Source: Anthoceros angustus
Lineage: Eukaryota; Plantae; Anthocerotophyta
Assembly (NCBI GenBank): GCA_010909165.1
Contig: MU008168.1
Span: 682,001 to 746,000, forward strand
DNA: 64,000 nt
Reading direction: 5' to 3'
In this document: positions 25,331 through 38,389 of the stretch, piece by piece
Layout of the letters: every line of letters begins with the position of its first letter
Position numbering within the stretch: position 1 is the stretch's first letter
Translations under genes and position numbers: made by a program
Notes under the pieces: generated by a model
Databases searched by the model: none
Told to the model about the DNA's origin: nothing
What the model saw: the letters and a program-made list of their open reading frames with translations, nothing else

Positions 25331-28121
25331 TCATTTTGAGGTTAAGCTCTTTAGCCATTCTGGGGTTAAAAGACTAAAGACGGTGATACGGTTATGCTTG
25401 TGGAGCCTCCGAAGCAACAAAAATCTGTTAGCTTGTTCCAGAGTTTTTATAACTTGTTGCTCAAACTCACTTCCTGAGCCTAAGATATGGGCGGCACATA
25501 CGGCTTTCCACAGCACCAACTCTAAACTACCTGCACAAAAATTCCAATGGCCGATGTCACTTCCGAATGAAATACTGTCTCTCCATAGACAACCACAACG
25601 CCAAGCCATTTACTCACCATGTTTGTGGTCCCTTGATGTGAAATTGTTCCTGAAATGTTTCCTTCCCCACCATGTACTTCTGTCACTCCAGATTACTTGA
25701 ACATGTTTGAGAATGTTGGCCTTCTCTAGCTCCTTTGAGACTTTTAACTTGTGTGCATGTTCAGGTTCAACTTTGACATTTGGAGACGGTGCTTTTGCAT
25801 TCTTCAACGTCTGGTTGCTTTCCCCATCTTGAAGCACATACTTCCTAACAGCTTTGAAGCACCCCGCAAGCTTATCCCAGACACTGACACTACCTGGTTC
25901 TACATCCAGATGAGTTGCGATAGCCTCCATAAGTGACAGTGTGTCGAAAAACCCTGTTCCATGACCAACACGATCACTCTTCAACATGTCAACCTTCACA
26001 ACACGATTTCTCACCATATGTAGAAAGATCAGGGAAACCTTTGAGCCATGTACACACCACATTTGTGCAGCATCATCAGTGCTTCAAGAGATGGGACAGA
26101 GGAAGGGTTGATCTTAAGGACTTCTCTGTGACAGCGAGCTAGCACCAAGTTGTCTCTAGGAGTGAGCTCCTCCAGAAGCAACACTTTCAAGCTGGGAAAA
26201 AAACGGTAGGATGAGTGCTCACTTACAGGCAGACTCCGTAAGCATGCAGAAATACGTTATATTGTGTATTGCTTCCTGAACATACCTGATTGGTAAGATG
26301 TGGTTGCGAGCTGCTATGCAGCACTTATTGATCACATACATTGCATCGTTTACATTGCCTACAGCAAGCAACAGCTGCCAATTGCAGACCTTTCTTTTTG
26401 AGAGATGTTCAGAAGCTGAATCTTATGTTAACGCGATGAGCAGAAGATAGGGGAGCAATAGGAAATCCCAAGGAGTACCGGGTGAAGCAAACCTGAGTGA
26501 GTGGAATTAGAACCTCAGTCATAGAAGGGTCCAGGATTAGAGCCTGTTGCAGATGCTTCACTGCACCTGCATGTGCTTCCCTAGTTGCACTACTATCCAA
26601 GGGAATGAGATAGTATGGATTACCCTCCCTCTCCGGTAAGCACAAAGGAAAGAGTCTCCTGTCCAGATCTGGTGCAAGTTACAACAAACTGGTCAAAAGC
26701 TTGAATAAACCAAACCATGCGCATGCCACAACATGTCAGTCACAAAAGAATTTATAAGCATTTCCTCCCCTACATCCACACACAGACCTGGATGCCACCT
26801 AACAGGTCCTGAACTCCAAGGGCCCTGCTTCTTGATCTCATCTCCTTCACCTTCATCTTCTTCAAACAGTCGTGGAAGACTGCCATACGCTGGCCCCCTA
26901 GGAGACTTCACATCTTCCATACCATTCCGAAGAGGTCTAGTATCAGCAGTGGCCACATCCGCAGTGCCATCCATCTGTGCTGCTGCCTCTTGCTGAAGGC
27001 CGTCCATCATCTGGAGGTCTCCACCGAACCCAGCAGTCTCACCAACACCCTCCATCGGGGAACTGACTCCATTCTCAGAGACGTGCCTAGGTTTGAAAGT
27101 TTCAAACTTCTTCACATCCTCCGATGCCTTTGCATACCAGAGGTGATGAAGGTTGAGGCCATACCAGAAATTCATCAATGGATCATCTCGATACGGAGGA
27201 ATATCGACCAACCTGAAAGCAACGGCTAATCTCAGACAACCTAGCACCAACAACCCATCACATGCTAACGCCATACTGCATGCAGACCGCATGATTAAAG
27301 CATCCGTCTAGATACCCTCTCAGCTCATTGTAACAGCCATCATAATCCTTCTGCCGCATGAGGTACATGGCAAGCTCAAGTTGCACCGCGACTCGCAATT
27401 TCTGCACACATGAGCCACCAACTCTCAGTCCAAAACATAAACTCACGGTAGGTGATGTGGAACCTCCTGAGCTGAACACACCAAAACAGTCACCTACAGC
27501 AGGCATCTTCCTTCGAAGCAACATTTTGAACAGCTTCTTAATCGAGGCAAAGACTTCTTCGTCCGCCTCATCGCCCTCACCTCGCCTTAGGACTTCCATC
27601 GCAGCCTGGGATACAATTCACCAACCTCAGAACCCCCTTCCATGGCTGTTCTTGCAAGCAGCAACAAGGGAGCCGGGTTCTAGAGAGTAGTCCCCTACCC
27701 AGTAGTCAGCCACAGCGCGATGTTCCAGGTCATCCACGCCACTGGGAGCGGCTAAAAGCACGCCCACCACCCCGGCAGCTTGCCTCCACCTATGCTCACT
27801 CAGCAGCGCAGCCAACTCTGCTCGCAGCTTTCGCCTGTGGATGGTTTTGAGGTGATCGGTCACCAGGTCCTTGCCGTGCGTTTGGGACCAATTCCTCTTC
27901 TTGGATTTCACTCCCTTGCCCTTCGGGACCGCCAGCCGAGCTGCCTTGTCCAACAATTCCTTCTCCTTAGCCGAGAGTACCTTCTTGTTCTCCTGGCCCA
28001 ATTCTGTAGCCGGACCCAATTCGTCCGCCTTCATTTCTGGGCCAGTGTCTTGCTCCAAAACATGGCTCCGGTCTTCCTCCATTGACTCCTTTTCCTCTTC
28101 CTCGTCGTTGTTTGTCGTCAT
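25331..28121 (-). CDS. Probable plant RNA polymerase I TBP-associated factor subunit A (TAF1A)-like protein, multi-exon
   Basis: Spliced ORF: MTTNNDEEEEK...AALLSEHRWRQAAGVVGVLL...PPYRDDPLMNFWYGL...AVKHLQQALILDP...LMEAIATHLDVEPGSVSVWDKLAGCF...DRSTWWGRKHF...KAVCAAHILG. The gene is clear; the family call is from memory. Confidence 0.55.
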
Positions 28122-28795
28122 CGTGTTCTTCACCCATCGACGCCGCCTCTCACGAGACGCACAAATGGTAACTTTGTGAAGCAGGTATGCTTGAGTATGC
28201 ACTCCCTAGTGCTATAACTACATGATGGCTGGTATTTATTGCATATATAGCGAAGTATATTAAAAACAATTGTCGAAGATCTTGGAAACGAGGCGATCTT
28301 CGCCGATATCTCCCCACGTACTTGGCTCACCTACCCCAAGAGCAACCAGGATTTGAAGGAACAACAAGTACCTCAGAGCTCCAAACTTGTTCTATAAGGC
28401 ATTGGCAAAAGCTGTGCGCATGGATGCAACCTGCGCAGAGTCCGGGACAGGGTAAGTGGCGCTAGCAGCTGAGGGAAGCGAATACAGAGCTGGAAATTCA
28501 GAGGATGGATGTGTAGCGAGAGCAGAGTCGGAGTGGAGCGAAACCAAGAAGGCCTGAAGCCAGTAGGCTGCGTTGACATAATCTGTCACATTTGTGTCGA
28601 GTGCTGGTCAGTATTAGGGGCAAATCAATGCATATTGAAATCCACGAGGAGAGATCAAGGTAGACAAGGACGGCAGAACGCTCACAACCAGCGTAGCATG
28701 AAGGGGCCCTAGCGACGTTAACCCTGGACCTTTTTTGGCCTGTTTTCCCTTAATAACTGTTATTTTTTAATATTTAATTGAAAACAATTCTTCTA

Positions 28796-31265
28796 TGTCA
28801 GTAAAAGCCTTGAGAGGCATGCAGCGCTGGATCTAGTTTAGTAAGTTATAAGTAGTGGTGGTAAGACTTAGCTTAGAGCTTAAGAAAGATAGTCTGGTTT
28901 AGGCAATTACTTTGGGAATGATGTAAGCCTCCCTATAAAAGGAGATAGGCTAGCCTCTATGGTTTAGGCAATTACTTTGGGAATGATGTAAGCCTCCCTA
29001 TAAAAGGAGATGAGGCTAGCCCTAGAGGAGATTATCCTGTGATTCTAGTATTGCGAGCTACACTCATGAGGATAGGACTAAGGTGCCTAAAGGCTTTGGG
29101 AGCCTAGAGTGTGAGCATGTCTAGAAGGATCCTAGCATTGGGAGCTACACTCTTGTGAGGATAGGACTGGGGTGCCTACAGGCCTTGGGAGCCTAGAGTG
29201 TGAGCGTACTAGAGGAGAGCTGTTTGAGGAGGAGATCCAGGGCAGAGAGGTAAGCTCCTAGCTTAGGCAAAGATGGAGAGCTCTCTCTGATTTCTCATGT
29301 ATTCTTGTTGACTCTTGCCGGAATAAAAGCGTGACAAGCGTCTTGCATGAGTTGCCCTGTGGAAGGGGCCATGAGCTTGAGGGGCCTAATGCTAGTGTCT
29401 GGTAATGTTTTTGCCGCTAACTTCATGTCTACCCCACCTCGGTGGAAAGGGGGTGTTACTTGTGGTATCAGAGCTCAAGGTTGAAGCATCTTTTAGCTAG
29501 GGCGCTAGCTGGAGATGGCCAATCTTGAAGAGCCAGGCAGAGCAAAGAAAGTATGGTGGAAGAAAGAAAAGGCTCCTGTGTTGGAGACCGCAGTGGATGA
29601 GCCTCAGATGGAGCCACTAATCCTTGGAACGGTAGAGGCAGATACCTCTGAGCCGAAGACTATCACCATGCTACAAAAGGAGCTTCAAAATCCTTTGAGG
29701 AGAATGGAAGCTCTGGAGCAACAAGTACAAGGAAAGAGAAAGCTCGACGAAGCAGAAAAGGATGATGAACATCTCCGATAGATGATGAACAACTCTGGAT
29801 AGAATTCAAATGACAAAACATCAAACGCTGCAAGAGGCTATTGCAGCTGCAAATGCGATACCTGACACAAGTCGTGCCAAGGAAGCACCATGGTCTTTTA
29901 GAGGAAGGTATCTAAGATCTTTTCATGGAAGATCGAGAGGTAGAGGAAGATTTCATCCACTCTAGACCTAAGATAATATTATGGTCATCCATACCTACAA
30001 CTATGAAACTCACATATCTTTCCCACGCTTCTATTTACAACTTTACTCTATGCAATTCACCCAAGAAATGCAGAGTTCTTTTAGCTTGCTTGATTCCATG
30101 TGGCGCGGAAGGAGTTATAAAATTGTGGGTGGCGGCAGAGTCCAAAAATCACTCTACTTCTAAGCCATTCATCTTCCCACGTATATACGTAAGGGCTCCA
30201 CCTTCCCTTAAAATAGTGTCATTCTTGACACTAGAGGACTCATCACATGCTGTCACAACAACATGTGGCCATTGGCATCATTTTTAGGCTTTTGCAGAAA
30301 GCTCTTGAATCCTAAGTCCTAGAGCTTGAGGATTGGCGGCTATCACATTCAATTGGGAATTCCTAGCATGCGAACAATCTTTTGCAAAATGTCCCTGCTC
30401 TCCACAACTGAAGCACATACCAAATTGAGGGCTTGTCGTCCTTTGGCTTCCATGGCCACGACCTCTATTGGCTCCTCTGCTTCTTCCTCTGCCTCTACGA
30501 ACATTTTCATTTGTTTCACAATTTCCAATGTTGATGGCGTGTAGATGTGAAGTCCCGCACTATTGAGATATTGAAGAATGGAAAGCACAAGGTCATTTGT
30601 GCTAATCTTAGTCAAAAGCTTAATATGTGCTCAATGCAATTGATTTCAATTCCTGCTAGAAGAGAGCTCAAGCAAGACATAAGACAGAAGAAAAAGCTTT
30701 ATCTAGTTGTGCTCCAGGGATTAGAGGATGGTCTTGGGGAAGAATCCTCCAAAAAGAAAGACATCCCGAAGGGAATACAGGCTGTCTTGGATGATTTGAA
30801 GGATTTGATGCCCGATGAACTGCCACCTTTACCGTCTCGCAGAGTAGTAGTCCATGAGATCAAATTGAGGCCAAGGAGTATGCCTCCATCAAGAGCACCA
30901 TATAGATCATTGCAAGATGAGCTGCAGGAACTCAAGCGACAACTATCCAACTTGTTGGCAAAGAAATACATCAGAATCTCTAATCTCCTTTTGGTGCACT
31001 GCTATTTTTCACACGCAAGAAGAATGAAGGACTAAGGATTTCTAGATTACAGAGCTCTGAATCAAATTACAGTTAAGAATGCATATCCTTTGCCAAGAAT
31101 GAATATGTTTCACAGGTTGAAGGGTACCAAGTATTTCACCAAGCTAGATCTGATGGCGGGGTACTATAAGATTAGAATCGCAAAGGGACATGAGTATTAA
31201 ACAGCATGTAGGACAAGATATGGGGCTTTTGAATTTTTAGTCATGCCATTTAGACTTACTAATGC
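28796..31265 (+). mobile_element. Truncated, degenerate Ty3/Gypsy element (5' LTR, PBS, gag, protease, RT N-half)
   Basis: LTR with two internal tandem duplications ends ggggtgttac; PBS TGGTATCAGAGC at 29463-29474; RT motifs HEIKLRP..PPSRAPYR, LDYRALNQITVKNAYPLPR, YFTKLDL..GY, YGAFEFLVMPF. Left boundary approximate. Confidence 0.8.
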
Positions 31266-31349
31266 ATATGTTTGTTGTTTACTGCGCAGAATTTTTAGTC
31301 ATGCCATTTGGACTTACTAATGCATATGTTTGTTGTTTACTGCGCAGAA

Positions 31350-33640
31350 AATACAAGCAACAATAATGGCTCCATTCATTAAGGAAAGTCAAGAAGTAAA
31401 TGGCTCCTCCAAATGAGCTAGTGGACATGGGTCCACATATATGCTTATGGACCACTTCAAAGAAGCTAGTAGCCTTAGTAGTTGTGGGTCATTGTAAGGC
31501 TTCTACGCCAACTTGCCTACTTGACAATTCTTGCAAAACATGGGATCAGTAACTCTAAAAGTTAAACCATCTTTGTAAAGTTAGGGCTTACGAACTAATT
31601 GTCAGAGATATATGATGCCAGGATGGCACAGTCTGGAGTTCTAAAGAAGAGTTTTGTCCACATTTGGACAGGCATCAGCAATCAAACTGCGAGCTTCTGA
31701 AGACACGACCTCAAACTTATATAGGTCGATACATACTCTTTCTTCAAGTATCATGGAGGAATTGTTAGCTGGAGTCACTAGGCACCCAGCTGGTGTGAAC
31801 ATCACTTGCAGTTCATGATCTGATATCAACTTGCGTATAGATAACAAGTTTTTGGTCATGCTAGGTACATGCAACACACTTTGAAGACAAATGTCTCTTC
31901 CACCTATGAGGGGTAGCAATACTTCTCCCAAGCTTGCTATTGCTAAACTACTATCGCCTCCAAGTAGGACGAATTGGCCAGTTGACACCGCACTGTAAGT
32001 TATGAACTTCAGACTCTCGATTGGCATATATGATTAGCAGCTCCGGAGTCGAGGAACCACATATGACTATTAGCTTGTATTAAGGATAGGCAAATTGCCA
32101 AAATGGTTGGTGGCTTAACATTCTATGGGTTGCTTGTTTGGCCACGAGTCACCATATGTGACTCACCACTAGAAGGTGCATCGCGTCTGGGTTCACCTGG
32201 GCGCTTTTTTCTACACTCATTTTCATGGTGCCTAAGTATGCAACACCAATGACAAGTCTCATTGGCCTTTCGTTGAGCTTGAGGAAAGGACGGTGAAGTA
32301 TAGGGTCTCGTAGATTGAAAAGGTGGCCTATAAGAGCCAGCTCGACCTCTTCCACGTTCCCTAGAGGTAAGAGTTAAAAAAATTTTGTGGTAGTGCACGC
32401 CCTATGGCTATTCTGCTTAACTCTTCTTCAAGCAGCGCTCCCACAATTTCTGAAAGTATAATTGTTGCCTGCTACTGTACTCTGCATAACTTGCTTGATA
32501 ACTGAATTTTGGGAGCTTACAAGTGCTTGATAACTTGGCAAAAAAGAAGTCAGGAGCACCATTGCTGCTTGCACCTCCGTCACGTCTGTTCCACAAGAAG
32601 ATAACCTAGCTCTCAAGGTACCAAACTTGTGGATATGGTGCTCTATAATGTCCAAACCCTTCATACGCAAAGCATAGAATAATCTGGTGGCATTAATCAG
32701 AGACATAGAGTCCTGAGTTGCAAACAAGTCTCCAAAAACTTTCCAGCCTGCTGCAATAGTTTTCTACCCGTAGGTATGTTGAATCATATTCTTGTCAGCG
32801 TAGATAGAAGAATGCTTTTGGCCCGTTTATCTTGTTTTGTCCAAGGTGCTATCTAATAGCCTGTAGCTCCAGTTCGTAGATGGGCTATTGTACCATTGAT
32901 GATATCCATAAGGTCATGTTCCTAAAAAATAGCTGTCATTCTCATTTCCAATATTGGGTAATTGGTCCCATTCAAGTGATCCCTGTCTTTGATATTAATC
33001 TTAGTTATGTTGTTAATGATTGTGCTGGTGGTTGGAGCCGCTGGATTACCACCACTGCCTGACATGTTGTTTTGTGGTGATACTACAGGGTTCAATGTAG
33101 TGTGACGACAAGCCTGTCCAGGAAATCTATGGGGAGGTTGAATAAAATTAAAGAGTTTGGGAGTCTTCGAATTCCCCTAACATGGTGGAGATTGCCATGG
33201 AGCTGTCAGAACTTGGTGACATGAGATGCCACCTTGCCTCCCTCTCTCATGCGTAGGCCATAGAACTCTTGTCTGACGGCACATAAGGTAAGTACATTGC
33301 TGACATTATAGGTCGCTGATAGTTGATTCCAGATAACTGATGCCTCTTTTAGGAACTCAACGTCTGGTACCAGATCTCCATCATTTGCCAGAGTCCCATC
33401 TACCACAGTCCAAACACCTCGAGCAACCAAGGTGGACTTCATGCGCACTCGCCATACTTGGTATTTCGTCTCGTTGAAACGATCCTTCTCCTTCAGTTTT
33501 GAGGTGAATATTGCTCCAACTGGTGTGGAGGTCTCCCCTGTACCACCTGACGTGTTGACTGAGTTTTGGATAGTTAAGGAACTAAATTGTGCTATCAATT
33601 GATTCAGTGATACGTATGACATACAGATCTAGATTGACAT
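31350..33640 (-). mobile_element. Degenerate Ty1/Copia fragments (gag start, UBN2-like gag, zinc knuckle, protease region)
   Basis: KEKDRFNETKYQVWRVRMKSTL (33206-33622); FYALRM..IEHHIHKF..LRARL (32428-32727); CHWCCILRHHENEC; LQSVLHVPSMTKNLLSIRKL (31641-32027). Confidence 0.8.
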
Positions 33641-34101
33641 AGGGTATATAGGTGGGGGTAGTTGCTAGGCGACACTCAAGTGGGGTACATGTTGATGCGT
33701 GCTACCCTAGTTGTGCTCCGCCTCAATAATTACCTTTACAAACATAGCCAATAGTTTTTACGAAACGACATGGGAGGACAAAGAGGTAAGGTGTCATTTC
33801 ATTAATTGTCACGGTTCATTGTTGAAGACCTAACGGTCACTCATGTTTGTTGAGGCAGATGTGAAGGGACACGGCCATTGGCAGAAGGCAAATCCAGGGT
33901 GCCCGATTGGCACTCCGCAGTGTGGTGGATGTCAGCCGACGCCACTCTTCGCATCTCCTCGACTCCCAATTGCGCAGCGGAATCAGAAGAGTGAGGCGCC
34001 CCCAGCACGCCGAGTTGGGAGTGGGGGCGCCATTGAATCCTGCAAACTAACGTCCATTTTCTGTAGCAAATCCACAATATACAAGAGGTTGTGCTGAATA
34101 G

Positions 34102-34913
34102 TCAAATCCCTTCTGTGAATTGTAGCTTGAAAACGGATGTATTGTTCTTCAATTCTCTGATGAAGAACTCTGTCGTTGCGCAGGGTGTTGTCGGATGCAG
34201 CTCTGGCTCGCGAGAAGATGGAGATTGGTGATTCGGTGATTCTGAAGAGGTCGGGTGTTGAAGCAGAGCACTCTCTACTCGCCTTGTGGCATTTCTTCTC
34301 AGGAGTAGATTGTACTTGTCTACCGCTTTCCTAGCAACTTTTTCAATTCGAATTCTCTGTTTAGAATCCCAGTTTGAATTTGATTGTCTACCTCTCTTGG
34401 AAAACAATCTATTCGCCAAATCTTTGTCTCTCTATCGTGCTTGCTCACGAATAGCCCATTGCTGATAATTCGAGCAATTGCTCTTACGACCACGGGAGCA
34501 GCGACCTCCTCGTCCTCTTTTGCAATTACAAAAATGGGGTCTGGTGGCCCGTCCTCCACGTTCGTAGGATGCAGGGCTATTCGATGGGGGCATGGCTCAC
34601 CATCCGATCATAGAGCGATTAGGTTCTGATACCATATTTTGATTTGGGAGAGCGAGGAGCAAACATACAAGAAACTCTTATATGCAGGAATAGAAAAAAG
34701 AATGAATGAATGTAAAAAATGTATAGTAATGTGCCTTTTATACTTATGTTTATAACGCGTCACTCAACCCTAAACAGTTGTTGCTTAACTAGGGGTCTGC
34801 TTTATATTCAACATGTATGAGGAGCAGACAAAATACCGAACGGCTGCATGCACTCCAGCTATGAGGAGCAGACAAAATACCGAACGGCTGCATGCACTCC
34901 AGCTCTGATACCA
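34102..34913 (-). mobile_element. LTR-element remnants with two Met-i PBS motifs and a 44-bp tandem duplication
   Basis: Minus TGGTATCAGAAC at 34623-34634, followed by an ORF (MEDGPPDP...); TGGTATCAGAGC at 34902-34913; 34817-34860 equals 34861-34904. Confidence 0.6.
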
Positions 34914-35845
34914 TAATGATGTATGAGCATTCCACCATAGATTATTGGCAAGATGCCGAGGCACACGCCGAGAGCACGCACACGCAACGATGCTCGAAAA
35001 ACATTATTGTTATAAATCACACAAATATGAAAAAGGGGGTATTGTGTGTAACCATTTTTATGACCTAACGTTTAATCATAGTGAGTTAGGTATGAAACTA
35101 GTTCTCATCCAATATGTTAGTTATCTCCACAGTTGTAAGAGTCTTAAGGCATGTGAAATATAAATAAGATATATAATTACTTAATAAATTATATAATACA
35201 TTGACTTATATATACTTATATACATATCGTGGGGGCTAGTCCCTCTAGCATGGTGCCCTTCGTTGGGTTTTTCCCCTTTTGTTTTTGGGGTGGATCGGTA
35301 TTTCCCATCTCTTATTTATAATAAAGTCTTCTTTTCTCTCTTATATACATAATATGATGTAAATTGTAAAAGTCCCGAGTTGAGCCCAAACAAGGCATGG
35401 ATGTGTGAAGGTGTCAAACCCATAAGAAGCATAGCCTGGAGGGAAGAGCTCGTGAGTACACGCTTCTCCAACCAGTATCCAGCCCGTTGGTTGCTCCAGG
35501 AGGTGACGTGTCCTATTCAAGAATCTAGGTTTATTGGTAGATAGTTATGCCCAGTTGGACAATGTTTAAAGGTAGAGATAAATAACATGAATAAGTTTTA
35601 AAAACCGAACTCCCCACCACGTACATATATGGGAAAGAATTTTGGTGCTTGCAAGTCGCGAGCAGCACAATTTGCATGTCGGATGTTGTCTCCATCGAAA
35701 AGGAGAGCAAGAACGCTAATATTCGTCGCAGCATTCCAGAACGCGTGAGTTACGAACAGTGTTCTTCGATGGTCCAGGTTTAATCCGGGGGCCATTCCGT
35801 GACGGCAGCCGTGATCCCTGTCGCCGGTTGGAATGACCTGCTGTT

Positions 35846-37875
35846 TCAACTCTGATCTGCATCAAAGATCGAGGGAGCCTGAATGCATGCACTTCTGACT
35901 GGCACAGCACTGTCACCTGCTTTGCATAAGATGAGAGAACTTACACATATCTCTGTTCCCGTCCGTTCTGCACTTCGGGTCGTGAAACCCGCTGTACCCG
36001 GCCTTGGTGCGGGACTGGAAGGCTCGTAGGCAGTCCTGGGTAAAGCTCGTGAAGGGCTCATGCTCACCTGTTGGCAGAGGCCTTGCGTCAATTCTGTCTG
36101 ACCATCCTGAACTGAGCCCTCCATGAATTTCCATGGGCACTGCTTACCTGAAGCCAAGGATGAGCCAGGGCTTGCTTGGCAGTCAGCCTTGTATCAGGGT
36201 CAACGCACAAGAGCTGCTGCACCATGTCCTTGGCTGCACACGCAATGCCATTAGCACTCGAGGCGTCATGCAAATAGCAGGTAGCCATGGTGCTTGGGAG
36301 TGTTGAAGTCAGCATACCACTCTGAGATATGCTGTGCCAAACTGGGCTTTTGAAAGAGTATAGTCCTTTTCTGATCTTCTCAAACATGACAACCTCATTC
36401 TTGTCTTGAAATGGGGAAAATCCGCTCAGTAAGATGTAGAGAATGACTCCCACACTCCTGTTTCACCAACTTTACTTCAAAGCACATCTATGACATGCAT
36501 CACCAATGGCCGGTGCCACTTTTTTCAGAACAGGTCACATACCATAAGTCTGCTGCAGCAGTGTAGAATGTGCCTTTATTCTCCCCGGCTGCTAACACCT
36601 CTGGGGCTGCAAATAGCACTCTTTGCTGTCATACACATCCACAGTCTAGGCACTTGTCATGCTGATATCTGCGCAGCAATGCTTCAACTTACCGACATAT
36701 TGAGGAGACCCACACATCGTACACAGCCCCTCTCCTCCAGAAAAAATTTTAGAAAGGCCGAAATCGGCAATCTTGATGGCTGCATTCTCATCCTCCGATT
36801 CCAGTAGAAGATTCTCAAGCTGTGAGCTTAATGAGTACCGGCACAAACTGTTAAGCATATGGTTCAACAAAATGCATCTCCAAAAACCGTTAGCATGCCT
36901 GGAAACAGAGGCATACCTTCAAGTCCCGGTGAACGACGCCGACGGAGTGCAGGTACGCGACACCTTCAAGAATCTGAGTGATAGCTCGAGCAGCATTTCG
37001 CTCTGAAAAGCGCCCCCTCCTCAACACACGATCCAGGAGCTCACCTCCAGTGACTCTGTGCCCCCAATGATACACAAAGTTGAGAAGAAAATACCCTCCA
37101 GCTTTTCTGGTCAGCAAGAACCTAAAGCAAAGAGCTGCTACCTTCCAAACTCACAGATCAGTAACGAGATACACTGCTTTCTTTGTCAAAAACCATTCTC
37201 TCAGGCCTAAACAATTGCGATGATGGATCTGACGGGTGTTCAGAAACGGATGGACGCAAGCCAGTCAGGCGGATATCAAAGCAATCGCACACAACCACAG
37301 TGGTTGTGACTCGGAGCCATGCGATGCCAACATTCTGGCACCAACGATGTATACCTTCTCCATCACTTGAATCTCCCTCTCAAAGCTGGCCCCGTCCTTG
37401 GGAGCATACTTCCTCCTGTCAATGATTTTGACGGCGACTCCCTCCCCCGTCAACAAGTTTTCTCCTAGCTTCACCTCAGAGAACCCTGCGCATGATACGT
37501 CACCGGATGAACGAAAGCCGGGGGTGCTGAATGCGTGAAAACCAGAGCGCAGTCTCAAATTCCACCTCCCACGCCTATGGTCCGCCCAATCCTGTAGGTC
37601 TTGGAGAAGAGGCTGGCAGTGGTTTTCTTGGTGTAGCCATACTTGTCGCTGGTCCAGGCGACCGGCGGTGCCGGCGCTTTTAAGCAATTGGCTGTCGAGC
37701 TCTTGGACCTCTGCGGAACAGCGGCTATGGCTGTGGTCTTGGTGCGCTTGTCCCTGGATGGCAGGATGGACAGCGTGAAGAACTCCGCGGATCTGCACAG
37801 CAGTGCATTGAGGAAGCTGGACCCTTGCGATTGCCTCTCCTTGTCCTCGGTGTTTGGAGCAAAACACGATGCCAT
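35846..37875 (-). CDS. CAMK-group Ser/Thr protein kinase (CaMKI-like), multi-exon
   Basis: [11 protein letters not shown]|[27 protein letters not shown]|[65 protein letters not shown]. The 3' end is approximate. Confidence 0.9.
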
Positions 37876-38389
37876 TGCAGCCTGGGGAGTGCAAATGCGG
37901 ACTAAGCCATGCCACTCCGCAGGAAGCTAACCGGCAGCAATCGTTTGCACATTCTCCACAATCGCCTCCATCTTTCCCGCGGAGATGCACGATGCTAGGC
38001 CGCCTGAGTCTGTCAGCTGAAGGGGCCGTACCATGCAGCGGTTACTGCGATGACGTGACCCTTTAACTTTGTCCTCCAACTACAGTACGTATCGGCACCA
38101 TATTACAGAAGGCAGAAAACCCCGCTTTCTTGTCCAGTGGATCAGGTACAGAAGCGTGAAAGTCATTGTACCCACATGCGCAAATGCAGGAGTTTAATGC
38201 ACTGTGTCAATCGCGTCTTGCCTCCTGTGCACTTTACATACATTCTACATGCAACCTTCCACGGATGGCATTCGTGCTACATTGTAGCTTCCCGGGTGGC
38301 ACAATTCAGACTGTTCCCCTCTTCAGCTGTACGGAAAGGCGTTACGAGCTTGCCCTCGGAAACTCACTTGGCACCAGTTTGCTGGAGCG

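Noticed and set aside
28392-28589. 65-aa ORF (AAYWLQAFLVSLHSD...) as a further non-LTR fragment
   Set aside because: Resemblance too weak to assign without a search.
37265-37990. 241-aa ORF and other long alternative-frame ORFs over the kinase, P450 (40397-41074) and TAF1A-like genes
   Set aside because: They overlap well-supported spliced genes in another frame or strand and show no recognisable motifs.
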